A DNA stretch of 62,552 nt, filler included, from Atractiella rhizophila (taxonomy: Eukaryota), in assembly GCA_021432655.1 (NCBI GenBank). It is 19 parts of 19 records of this genome, joined end to end, with 100 filler letters (N's around TTAATTAATTAA, not from the genome) between each part and the next. Parts side by side here need not be neighbours in the genome. Positions count along the whole stretch, not along the records: positions 37,008 to 40,399 come from MU272542.1; positions 40,500 to 43,888 come from MU272543.1; positions 43,989 to 47,365 come from MU272544.1; positions 47,466 to 50,818 come from MU272545.1; 15 more parts are not named here. One strand, written 5' to 3'. The notes below the pieces were generated by a model. The model worked only from the letters and a program-made list of their open reading frames with translations, did not search any database and had not been told where the DNA came from. Below, piece by piece: positions 37,008 through 49,358 of this stretch; position 1 is the first letter of the stretch, and the number at the start of each line of letters is the position of its first letter. The translations under genes were made by a program, and so were the position numbers.

Positions 37008-39546
37008 TGAGGTGAGGGGTTGTCCGAGAATTGGGCGACTTGGCTGACGGCGAATGCAAGGTCCGGTCGTGTCGCTATCATGAGATAGAGGAGGGAGCCG
37101 ACTGCTTCCCTGTACCGACCGTTCCAGGATTTTGGTATGTGTGTTCCTTCGTTTCCGCCTTCCCCTTCATTCGTGGCTGGTTCTAACTTCCCTCCAAGCT
37201 CGAATGGCGTTGCGGCGGCGTTGCAGTTTTTCATTTCGAACTTCTCCAGCAGGCGCTCTGTGTAAGCTTGTTGATCGATGAAGATTCCGTCGTTAGACTG
37301 TGTGATGCGAATGCCTAAGAACTGGTGAGCTCTTCCTTCGTCCTTGAGTTTGTAATGTTTCTGAAGTGCTTCCTTCACAGCTGCTGCTTCCTCATCATCC
37401 TCAGCCATGATAAGGATGTCGTCGACATATAGTCCTACGAGTGCGTACTTTCCTGTTTTCCCATCTCGTCTCGTGTAGATTGTGGCTTCTGACATGCTTT
37501 GTGTGAATCCTAGACTTCTCAATTTTTCATCGGCGTCCCCGTTCCAGACTCGTCCGCTCTGGTGGAGGCCGTAGACGCCTTTCGTCGCTCTTATCACCCA
37601 ATCAGGATGTTCTGGGTCTTCCCAACCAGGAGGTGGTCGAAGATAGACCGGTTTCTCAAGTTTACCATAAAGGTAGGCCGTTGATACATCTACCATGTGT
37701 ACTGGCCACTTATTCTTCGCTGCAATGGATAGGATAAGGCGAAACGAGGGCATGGAGAGGACTGGGGAGAATGTCTCGTCGTAATCAACACCTTTGTGCT
37801 GTGTGTACCCTTGTGCAACTACCCTTGCACGATATCTGACAGTTTCTCCCCCTGGACCTAGTTTTTCCCTCAGCACCCATCGTGACCCAATCACATTCTC
37901 CCCCTTTGGCAGCGGTACCATCTCTCCAACGTCCCTTTCCCTCCACGACTCCCTTTCCTCGTTAAACGCGGCTTGCCATTCGATGGCATTCGGACCAGCA
38001 ACGGCCTCTTCGTATGTCGGAGTGAGGTTGCGAGAGGAGGAGGCGACTGTGATGCGGGCTACTGCGTCAGATAAGGGTGAGTTGCCGAAATACTTTGCTC
38101 TATTGTCTTTCTGAGCTTCCGCAGGTGTGCGCCGTGTGCGCTGTGGGCGTTCTGGAGGCGGCGGCGGTTCTGTTCTCGCTTTCGACGGCCCTTCGGTGAG
38201 TTTCTCCCCCTCATTCGGTTGTTCTCTTGTTACGACTGGAATTGACGTTGTTTCGGGAACAGGAGGGTCCGCTGGTTCGCTCGTTTGGACTTCAATTGGC
38301 TGTAGGAGTGTTGCGGGGTACGTTTCGTCGAAAGCTCCCCCCACAACTTCTTGGGGAGGTCGGACGTGTGTAACGTGGAGCGGATGAGGGCGGCGATTGT
38401 GAGATTGAGGCGTTCGGCAACGCCGTTCTGCTGGGGTGTGTAAGCAGCTGTGTGCTCATGTTTGATGCCGTGCGACTTGAGGTATGTCTTGAACTCATTG
38501 CTTGTATATTCGCCGCCGTTGTCTGATCTTATCGTTTTGATCTTCAGGCCAGTTTCGAGTTCGACCTTCGCTTTGAATTCCTTGAACGCGGAGAATACAT
38601 CAGATTTGTACTTCAGTAAGTAAATCCACTTTCTTCTTGTTGCGTCGTCCGTAAAGCTGAGCCAGTATTCAGCTCCTCCGAACGATTTGACGGGCGCAGG
38701 ACCCCATACGTCGGTGTGAATCAGTTCGAGCTTCTCCTTTGCGCGTTCGGTAGGGCCGGAGGGGAATGGGAGCTTTCGTTGCTGGCCAAGGAGGCATCCA
38801 GCGCACGGTGAGTGGTGATCCTCCTCTCCTATCTCTAGCGCTCTAACCATTTCCTTTTCTTGTAGAAGCTTGAGGCTCCCGCTTCCGATGTGACCTAAAC
38901 GGCAGTGCCAGACGTGCGAGGAGGCAGGCTTTGTGGCAGCGGTAAGGTTTGTGCTTGCACCGTCGTTTGTAGTGATTATTGATGCATCTAGCCTTCGCAG
39001 TCCACCCTCTGCCACAATCTCAGCCACCACCGTACCATCTCCCTTCACCACATTTCCTCGCCTGTGTGCTGAGAACACGACGTCGAAGCCTCGAGCATTC
39101 AACTTGTCGGTGGAGAGGAGAGCACAATCGATTTCGGGGTCATAGAGAGTGTCAGTAATTTCAATTTCTCTTTCTATTCCTTTGATCTTTGTTAATGCTT
39201 TGACAGTGCCGATGCCAATTGCTTGCGTGACGACGCCGTGGGAGGAGTGGATGCGACGTGTGTGGGGCTTGAGTGAGGAGAACCAATTTGCGAAGGGCAC
39301 GATGTGGTCCGTGGCAGCGGAATCGACATAGATCCCATCACGGTGTGTCCCTTCCCCTGTAACCGTGTGGAAAGCCTCTGAGATCTTGGCTTCTCCAGGC
39401 TTCTCTCCTCCTTCTCTCTTCTTCTTGCGGCAATCCCGCTCCCAATGTCCCTCGATGCCACAGTAGTGGCACTTTCCCCGCTTCTTCTCGCTCTTTGACT
39501 TCACTCCGCCACTCCCACCGTTCGCTTTGGTGAAGTGCTTCCCTCC
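37008..39546 (-). pseudogene. Copia pol (zinc knuckle, protease, integrase, RT) with a deletion-frameshift near 38335
   Basis: ORFs 38230..39504 and 36956..38344; integrase LWGE is joined directly to FDET. Confidence 0.88.
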
Positions 39547-40242
39547 TCACCATGTTTTCGTTACTAACGCTTCTGAGGTAGTCTTTGACTCAGGATTCCT
39601 ACGGTCCGCTTCGAGCAGGAGATGGGAGGCGACGTATGAGGACGTGAAGTCGGAGGTGGCAACGGTGTTGAAGGAGGAGACGACTTCGATCCAGGATTGT
39701 GGGAGTGAGATAAGCAGTAGCATGGCGATATCATCATCGTCAGTCTTATCTCCCATCGCTTTCAACTCCTGTCCCATGGTTCTGATTTGGTTTATGTGCT
39801 CCTGCATAGATTCACCTTCAACGTAACGCGCTGTGTAAAGCTTCTGGCGGAGCAGTACACGCGCTTGTCGGTCCTGAGTCTGGTAGAGCTCCTTGAGCTT
39901 GTCCCAGACCTCTTTCGGTTTCTCAACTTCGATATCCCGGATGTCAGTAAGTATGTGGTCCTTGCATGCTTCAATGACGATTGAGTAGGCTAGGTATGCT
40001 CGCTTCGTCCAATCCCTCTGCAACGCTTCGATTGTGTCGACCCTCGCGACATTCTCCGGTTTCGCAGCCTCCGCTCCCTCGAGACTCGCTGGCTTGGGAT
40101 CCGTTCCTGCAACGATCCCCCAGCAGTTCCTTCCGAGGAGCTTAGCCTGGACTCGAAAGTACCAGGTATGGTAATTCTCCCGTCCTTCGAGTTTCGCGAT
40201 AGTCGATGCAGCAATGAACGATGTGTCATTACCTTCAGACAT
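39547..40242 (-). CDS. Copia gag (UBN2-type)
   Basis: LEGRENYHTW, VWDKLKELY and LLISLPQSW motifs. Confidence 0.85.
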   Translation of the reverse strand: MSEGNDTSFIAASTIAKLEGRENYHTWYFRVQAKLLGRNCWGIVAGTDPKPASLEGAEAAKPENVARVDTIEALQRDWTKRAYLAYSIVIEACKDHILTDIRDIEVEKPKEVWDKLKELYQTQDRQARVLLRQKLYTARYVEGESMQEHINQIRTMGQELKAMGDKTDDDDIAMLLLISLPQSWIEVVSSFNTVATSDFTSSYVASHLLLEADRRNPESKTTSEALVTKTW

Positions 40243-40288
40243 CCTGGGCTCGTGAAGCGACGGAGAACTTGGCTAGATATGAACGTAG

Positions 40289-40300
40289 CTCTCGCTACCA
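40289..40300 (-). promoter_or_regulatory. Primer-binding site (tRNAiMet-like) next to the LTR end at 40303
   Basis: Minus strand reads ...TTTGTCA-AT-TGGTAGCGAGAG. TGGTAGC is complementary to the 3' end of initiator tRNA-Met. Confidence 0.7.
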
Positions 40301-40499
40301 ATTGACAAATGTATTAGCGCTGCGAAGTGCGAGATAACAGTGAATATATGTGTTGCATTTAGTATGTAAGGAAACTACATTACCTGCGAAGTGCGAGATN
40401 NNNNNNNNNNNNNNNNNNNNNNNNNNNNNNNNNNNNNNNNNNNTTAATTAATTAANNNNNNNNNNNNNNNNNNNNNNNNNNNNNNNNNNNNNNNNNNNN

Positions 40500-41428
<929 letters not shown>

Positions 41429-42349
41429 ATTGCAGTTGCTTGAATTCGCAGAGAGTTCTACTTGTTACGAACATACCTTACATTTCATTAGATCGAAATA
41501 AATTTGCTCATTACAGTGGTTCATTAGAGAATGTTTTGTGAGCTTACACAAAAAAAATCACAATCCTAACTGATTTTCGTTATGTACAGAACTGGTTTAT
41601 TATGAGCTACTGATGACCAAGTCAGCAAGGAAAACTTGCCATTATTTCCCCTAATGAAAGCATCTCCGTACCTATTCTTTACTTCCCCATTCACAAGCTC
41701 TTCTGTCTGTTCTAAAGCAATGTTCATGTAGCCGTCGAGGCAAGATAATGTGCCTTCAAGGTGCGTGAATTGTTAGTAGGTCCACAAAGAAATGCAATGG
41801 ACTGAACCGACCTCTGTAATCGACCCCACTGTTCAGGCGCACAATTACCTGGTGCCCAACGACCTGGAAAGAAGATTAGCTGGTCAGCGCGTGTAAAAAT
41901 GCACAAATCGCACATTTTTCAAAAAATCAGAGGGTGAACCAGAGGCAGCAGCTGCATTTTCACTCCCATTAGCAGCTGACATTTAGACAATCGATATTGA
42001 TATTCGAGAGCCGGGCTTGCACAGATGCTTATGGTTATCGACCTTGAAGTCGAGGGCAGAGTTAAGGGTATGGACAATTCGAACCTTATTGCAACTACTT
42101 CATTCGACATCACATCACTGATGTAAAATCTGATCTTCAGTGTGCATAAAAGGTTCAGTCCAATGCACATACAGCTTTCTACCTTGCAGTGTTATGTCTT
42201 TTCTCACGTCACAACTCTTGACATCCTATTGCATTAAAGACATTACTACTTTTTACTATGCCATGCAGATCAACAACTTCCTCAATTATCTAGACTGCAA
42301 ATGAAACCAAAAGTATCCTTCAAACAAGCACCAGATCTGACCTTTCTTC

Positions 42350-43850
42350 CTAATCCTTGGGGATGACGATGGTTCGACCCATTGTAGCATGCTCAATGTA
42401 AATGTCGTCCGCTGGGTGACGATAGAGAGGTTGTTTCAGCCTCTTCTGATCGAGGAAGTGCCTTTACCATCCATGAGCAACCAATCCCAAAACAGAGCGA
42501 GAAACGCACCCTATGAAACCCGCGGATCGACCGAGCACAAAGAGTCCATTCAACACACCAATCTTGGTGTACTCGTCGGCTTCCTCAGGAGTGAAAGCTC
42601 CAGAACAGCGCAAAAGATCAACGAAACAAACAGCAATACAGCCATCAACATTCAGACTGTGAACTCGTCAATAATGTGAAGGAGCTGGTGAAAATGCTTA
42701 CATCAAGGTATCTTTCTTGGAGCTGGTGACATTCTCAACGGCCAAAGCGTAGTCGAGCATGTCTGTCGAAGGGAAATGCTTCTTAACATACGACTTCACA
42801 AGCTCCACTCGTAAATCTGGGTTTGTCTTTGACTTGATTTTGTGGCCAATTCCAGGAACTATAGGTGTCCTTTCAGCGTGCATGTACGGAATGAAAAGTG
42901 CGTGAAAAACGAACTGAGTTTGTTCTGCCGCCTCATAGAGTCGACAAATTCACGTGGAGTAAGTCCAGTGTCTTTGGCATTGGTGAATTCACTGGCAGCA
43001 CCATCCAAAGCACCTCCGAATCGATCACCGATGGTGAGCAAACCAGCGACCAAAGACGAAACCAGGTCCTTTCCTGCTCGAGCAGTGATAACCGTTGTCA
43101 TGGCACCAGAAACAGCAGGTCCCTGAGTTATGAGTCAGCAACATCCACGGTAGTATTAACCAGTAAACATACGTGATCCGCCGTCAACATGAGAACCATC
43201 TCCAAAAATTTGCGAGCGTAAGGAGGCAGCAGCCGCTTGAACCACAGGAGACTGACAACACCACCAATACCAATATCTTCTTTGAAGACGTCTGAAATCT
43301 TCATTCCAGCGTAAAGAAGTTCTTGACCCCGCTCGTCTGAGATGGTGGAAATGAACGAAGCTGGACGCCTGATCATTCCTAGCTCCTGAGCCCACTTGTA
43401 ATCCATGGGAATATGAGGAGGTTCCTTCTCGGGAAGAGGTGTTATCGTTCCATCAGCAACTAGAGTCTCGTACGTCTCATTGATGGCTTGCATAAAGTCC
43501 TCAAACGTATCCGGAACAACGAATCCTGCCTCCCTCATGGCCTGGTTCTTGGCCTCAGCTGTCTCAAGATCCGAATTGGCCATTGATCCAGCATGTCCGA
43601 ATTGAACGTCGGTGGCGAACATCTTTGCGCAGGTTCCGATTGCCCAGGCGACAATAGGTTTGGTTATCTTTCCAGACTTGACAGCGTCGATAACACGGTA
43701 CTCTTCAATGCCTCCCACTTCCCCTAGCAAAACGAGCATCTTGATGTTGGGGTCAGCTTCGTATCTGAGGAAATGGTCGATAAAAGTGGTTCCGGGGTAG
43801 CGATCTCCACCAATGGCAATACCTTCGTAGGTACCGTTGGTTGCTACCAT
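42350..43850 (-). CDS. ACL1: ATP-citrate lyase, C-terminal portion, spliced, 5'-truncated
   Basis: [19 protein letters not shown] (phospho-His), [31 protein letters not shown] and LNVDG; ends RHPADDIY...PKD-stop. Confidence 0.96.
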
Positions 43851-44060
43851 GGACAGTTAACTTGTGTTTTCAAGGGACGCAGCTACTCNNNNNNNNNNNN
43901 NNNNNNNNNNNNNNNNNNNNNNNNNNNNNNNNTTAATTAATTAANNNNNNNNNNNNNNNNNNNNNNNNNNNNNNNNNNNNNNNNNNNNCTTCAGAGGGAC
44001 AAAATAACATGTTCGTTTGCTTCGCCTTCAGTAAGGAGAATAACTAATGCTAATCCTAGA

Positions 44061-44282
44061 ATGAGTAGGGACTGGCTCGGCAACTCGTGGGGAAACGACA
44101 TCCTCAACGGACCTCAAGACGAACTGCACGAACTGAACGAGTTCGACCAGTTGGAGGACAATCAGCATTGGATCGAAGATCCCAGCGCGAGCGCCAGCAA
44201 AAAGAGGAAGATGAGCTCCGGAGCGTATGAGTCGGAGGGCATCCCAAAACATAAACCTAGGCTCGAAGTTGTCGATGACTGA
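44061..44282 (+). CDS. Terminal exon of a hypothetical protein
   Basis: Preceded by a CTAAT/CTAG intron end. Acidic sequence with a KKRK NLS-like motif. Confidence 0.4.
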   Translation: MSRDWLGNSWGNDILNGPQDELHELNEFDQLEDNQHWIEDPSASASKKRKMSSGAYESEGIPKHKPRLEVVDD

Positions 44283-44479
44283 GTGAAACACGTCTCGATC
44301 TTTCGGTATTCTTCTCGTCATATTTTTCATTTGGTTAGACCCAGCTTCGAATTATCTGAAGATTCACCTCTGTAATAATAGTCGTCAAAGAATGAAATAT
44401 TGTACGGTCTGTTCAATGTTGCATGTTAACTCTGGAGTGCGACACAGACTCATTTTTTTGTCACCGTGCAGGCTCTATG

Positions 44480-45739
44480 TTACATTTTTGCAGAATCGTA
44501 CTTGTAAAATCCTTCCCCTGACTTCTTGCCGAGTTTCCCCTCTTTAAGCATCTGCGTCATCCATTACTTCAGCAACGGCGAGAAAACTTGCATGGTACGT
44601 ACTTGTTTCAGAAGAGGAACAGGCTCTACAAAGGCGACCCCGATCTCTCCTTGTCGCGTTTCCGCCCAATTTGACGCGATGTAGTCCACTGTATCCAGTC
44701 CTATCAAATCGGCGAGAGCCAATGGGCCCATTGGGTACCTATCGAGGTAATTAGCAGCAGTTGGCTGAACAGGAATAATATCTGACCCAGCACCAAGGCG
44801 CATCGCAATGTCGATGTCTTTTGCCGTCGCATCACCCCTCTCAACCATGCGCATCGCTTCCAGAAGGTACGGGATGAGGAGCCGATTGACTATGAATCTG
44901 ACATTCCATATTCCAACTCTTCGTTAAAAGAATCACCAAAACAGAGAATGGATTCTCACCCTGGCGAATCAGTGCAAGTTACAGCCGTCTTATCCAGTCG
45001 TGAGCAAAGGGCAAGCAAAGTTTCGGTTACTTCTGGATCGGTCTGGGCTGTTGATATGCATTCTACGAGCTTCATCTGAGGTACCGGGTTAACTGGATCA
45101 GCGTTAGTTTTATCCACGGCGAAGAAAGAGACATACAGAAGTGTAGGCCTGCAAAGTTCCTCCTCCTCTCTGAAGGGAGGACGTCGGCCATTTCTTCTAT
45201 ACTGAGGCTACTAGTATTGGAAACGAGGATGACGTCGTTGGAACAAGCTTGGTTGAGTTTAGTGAACAACTGTCGCTTCGTCTCCATATTCTCCACCACG
45301 GCTTCAAGCACCAGGTCGACATTCCAAAGCTCCTCATTTCCTTGATTCACAAAGTTGATATTGGAAAGCGTGTCGCTAATAAATTTCTTTTGGTCATTTT
45401 CGGAGTCGGTGTGCTTCTTGCGAGCAGTGCGAGAGAGGGAGTCGTTGATTAATGAACGAGAGTTCTCCAGCGCTTGTTGGGAAATGTCTGACAGGTTCAC
45501 CTACTTCTCTATCAGCTTCTCTTGCTGTATTTAACAGAACCTCTGACTTTAATACCACTCTGTGCTATCACTTGACATATTCCGGACCCCATTAGGCCTC
45601 TATGAAGGATATATGGTCAGCTTGAAGTTGGGGGCACATCACTCATGTGTCATGCTTACCCTCCAATTACAGTTACTCTTTCAATATTACGAGGAGCCAT
45701 GAGTCGAGCTGAGCTGTGGATTGCTCTCCGAAGTAACAT
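44480..45739 (-). CDS. HADH: 3-hydroxyacyl-CoA dehydrogenase, multi-exon, apparently complete
   Basis: VTVIGG..GLMGSG Rossmann motif, [50 protein letters not shown] and [11 protein letters not shown]; ends SAKM-stop. Confidence 0.93.
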
Positions 45740-45935
45740 GTTATGGTTCTGTCTTACAAAACAAAGCTTCGCGCAGCGAATGGTATCTGGTGCAATTTAG
45801 GTTATATCAAAGGGTTTCTCGCAGCAAAATGGCCGGAAATATTGTGTAGCTGTACGTTGCCCGTGTACGCGCCTTCGAGAAAGGAAGTCAACTTCAACAA
45901 AGGATCCTTAAGCACACAGAACACCCACCAAAGCC

Positions 45936-47365
45936 ATGAGCCAGGCCGCAACTGCCCTTCCTCCCGCAAACGGCACGTTTTCGTATTGCATCCTTGTCCC
46001 TACTTCGAACTGATGACTTGTCTGCAGACCTTCCAGCGACATGGCGGTTCCTTGTAGAGGGAATAGACCACATCATGACGCGGTTGGAGGAGGGAATGAG
46101 CTATGATAAATATATGCAACTCTACACGTGAGTTCCATGCATTTCCAGGCTTTTCTTCGACTTAGATAAGCTGAGCTCATGCGATGCGGCACAGGGTGTC
46201 ATATAACTACTGTACAAGCTCGAGGATGAATCAGGGGAGCATCAACGAACCACTGGGCCTATCTCATGCTGCTAGAAGTGAGTCTTCTCTTCACTGTTGA
46301 TTCTTGGGTGCCGTACTGGCAGACGAGAGCAATCGCATCCGTTCCATCCTCTGATGCTTGGAGAACGGCTTCTGATTGGCTGTGGGCGAGCAGGTGGCGC
46401 AAATCTAATGGGAGCGGACCTGTACGAGAAGGTCGATAACTACTTTGTCACCCATCTATCACAGGTTCGACATCAGACTGAAGATCTGGTTGACGAACCC
46501 CTACTCCAATTTTACACCAAGGAATGGCAGCGGTACACTACAGGAGCCAACTACGTCAATCGTCTCCTCGCTTACCTCAACCGTCACTGGGTCAAGAGAG
46601 AGAAAGATGAGGGAAGGAGGAATGTCTATAACGTTTATACGGTCCGTCTTCCACTTGTCAGCAGGGTACAGTGTTTCGTAACGCGTTGGATGTCGGGCAG
46701 TTGGCATTGGTCAAATGGAAGGAATGTCTCTTCAGACATGTCCAACAGAGTTCGAAACTTACAAAGGCGATTCTTAAACTGATTGAGAAGCAACGTAACG
46801 GCGAAGTCATCGAGACGAAGCTAATCGAGAAGGTTATCGATTCTCTGGGCAAGTCTTCCTCTTCCTACATAGCAATGCTTCTAATGTAGACGCTCAATGC
46901 AGTTGCGTTGGGTTTGGACGAAACCGACACGAACCGTCAGAATCTCGAGACGTATCGAGATGGATTTGAGAAGCCATTTATCCATGAGACAGAGGTCTAC
47001 TACAGGAATGAATCGGAGAATTTCATCTCTTCTCCGGGGAATACGATTACGGATTACATGATCAAGGCAGAAACAAGGCTCAAAGAGGAAGAGGATCGTG
47101 TCGACAAGTACCTGCACAACTCGACACGGAAGAGCGTTCGTCAACCCCTTGTATTGTTCGCTGTAAATAGCTCGCTCACTCACATTGCAGCTGGTCACGA
47201 CCTGCGAGACGGCGTTAGTCAAGAATCATGCTACCAAGATGCAAGAAGTCTTCCAGGAGCTTCTCAATCAAGAGAAGGAGGCAGACCTCAACCGAATGTA
47301 CAACCTTCTCAATCGCATCCCTGAAGGTCTCAATCCACTACGAGAAATCTTTGAGACTCATGTCA
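45936..47365 (+). CDS. CUL1: Cullin-1 (Cdc53), N-terminal part, spliced, 3'-truncated
   Basis: YMQLYT.VSYNYCTS, GANLMGADLY, YLNRHWVKREKDEG, LIEKQRNGE and KAETRLKEEEDRV. Confidence 0.95.
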
Positions 47366-47465
47366 NNNNNNNNNNNNNNNNNNNNNNNNNNNNNNNNNNN
47401 NNNNNNNNNTTAATTAATTAANNNNNNNNNNNNNNNNNNNNNNNNNNNNNNNNNNNNNNNNNNNN

Positions 47466-47707
47466 GCATATCCTACTCTGTGTACTACAGGTTGAGGAGG
47501 CGCCTGAGTGGGAGAGAAATTCTGTGTGTCCGGGTCTTCTATCGTCCAAGCAGAAATGGCATATTCCATTCGTGGCTCACGAACCGCGTATCCTACTCTA
47601 GGTACTGCTGGAGGATGAACCTGAGGGCGAGAGAAGTTTGGAGGATCGGGGTCTTCCATCGTCCAGGCAGAAATCGCATACTCCTCTCGTGGCTCCTGAA
47701 CCGCTGA
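47466..47707 (-). repeat. Coding tandem repeat of ~117-120 bp (~40 aa)
   Basis: AVQEPREEYAISAWTMEDPD...RVGY and AVREPRMEYAISAWTIEDPD...RVGY; a third copy starts at the contig end. Confidence 0.85.
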
Positions 47708-49358
47708 TCCAAGAATGTGGTCTACGGCTTGAAGATGAGAGGAAGAATCTCCATATGGTCCGAATCCCCCAGCAGTTGACTTGGTTGAATGTCGACTTCG
47801 TTGTCCAGGAACGGATATCGGTGGAACGGCCGCTGCTGGTTGGACTGAAGTAGAATCGGTCTGATTTAAGCTGATTCTGTGGTTTGGTTCCCATACTTCC
47901 TTCGGCTGACTGTCAAAACCAGAAGCAGACGCCAATTTAATGAATGCCTCTAATGTGTAGTATGCGTCGTTGCCTATCCATCGCTCAATTTCTGTTCCCA
48001 CCTATCCAGTGGAGATGTGTGCATACCGGCATTGTGCATGTTGTGCGTCCGTAGACCTAGAGCTTTACATATCCGCTCTAATCCATGTCTACAATTCTTC
48101 ATGCTTTCCTTCTCCCATGCTGCAAACAGCCTTTGAGTATCCACGAGGACGGCATCAGCCGGCGGCGCGTTGTATTTCTCTGCGAGTTTCTGCTCTGTCG
48201 GAGAGATAAGGCCACTCTCTGGATATCCTAGTTTACGAAGGAGGGAACGCTCTGCGATGTGGTCATGCACGATGAACAAAGGCGGATGACGGATGCCCTT
48301 GGACTCAATGAGGGAAGCCTGGACGTGTGAATGAATCAAGGAGATGATTTCAGAGGCCGGTAGAGTTTCTGAAAGTCCGAATGCGAAGCCCTGACTTGAA
48401 CCCTGAAGGCAGCGAGAGACAAGACAGGAAACGACGGACATCGCGATTGTCCTCCACCCACTTCCCATTGCGCTTGTTCGCGTGCTCCTTAATGACTGCT
48501 TCGATTCGTGAAAAGAAGATAAGAAAATGATGAAATGCGTACTAAAATGCTTGCTGAACCTCGTCATCCTTCCTCCCTTAGAGTTTGGCTCTATGGTCAG
48601 CGAAGCTAATCCCACCTCCGTTAAGATCTTATTATCCATCTCCCATGCCTCGATATCCGTTGCTATGAAAGTACCGCCTTGACCTTCAGCAGTAGCCCTC
48701 TGCCAGGCTTCTCTCACATATATCAAATCGTCCAACGGATCCACCTGTGACATATGGTCGGGCCTGTCCTTACCTTGCTTTTTCTTGGTCGACGTGACAA
48801 GGCTTTTATTCTTTGATGGGTGGCGCTTGTAAAATTGATCGATCTCGGATTGCGTCGTGAAAGTGATAAGTTTCAAATCTGGCAAGTCGCTGGAAGGTAT
48901 AATATTTGATGTCAAAGTGCCTTCCCTGACCTGCTCGTCTGGAATCCTCAAAATTCGGCCCGCCAACTTGACGATATTTTCAAAGTCCCTCTTCGCAATC
49001 CACAATACTTTCTTTCCTTCGTTTTGAGGATGGTTCCACTGTGGATGCACAGGTATGGAACTCTCCCAGAGGGTCAAAGACCACTTCCCCGTTTGGGAGT
49101 CTTGCGTCGAAAGAAAAGGACGCGGAGTTGAAATTTTTGACTTGTTTTTGGAGTCGAGGGGTGGAGAATCACCATGACGCGGGAAGTGTTTGAGGGCTTT
49201 GACGAAAGTTTTAGAGTGTGCGATGCCTGCGAATTTGTGGGGGAAGACTTTGAAAGCTGCCAACGTCCAGCAAGGACCATCAATGCCATGAGTGATCCGA
49301 AAGTGGGCGACTTACCATAGAAATACTCAACCAGCATTTCTCCAGCTGATGCTTGCAT
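47466..49358 (-). CDS. Gfd2/YDR514C-like (QIP-related) DEDDh RNase H-fold exonuclease with C-terminal repeats, spliced
   Basis: FIATDIEAWE, LTEVGLA, VHD, DTQRLF and LERICKALG..HNAG|NDAYYTL, the last joined across an intron. Confidence 0.8.

Larger units (their letters stand above)
37008..40399 (-). mobile_element. Ty1/copia LTR retrotransposon (partial 5' LTR, PBS, gag, protease, integrase, RT), defective
   Basis: gag 39547..40242; CHYCGIEGHWERDC knuckle; YVDSAATDH protease; WHCRLGH; integrase HTDVWG, RSDNGGEY and QNGVAER; RT YVDD. One in-frame TGA and an internal deletion. Confidence 0.95.
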
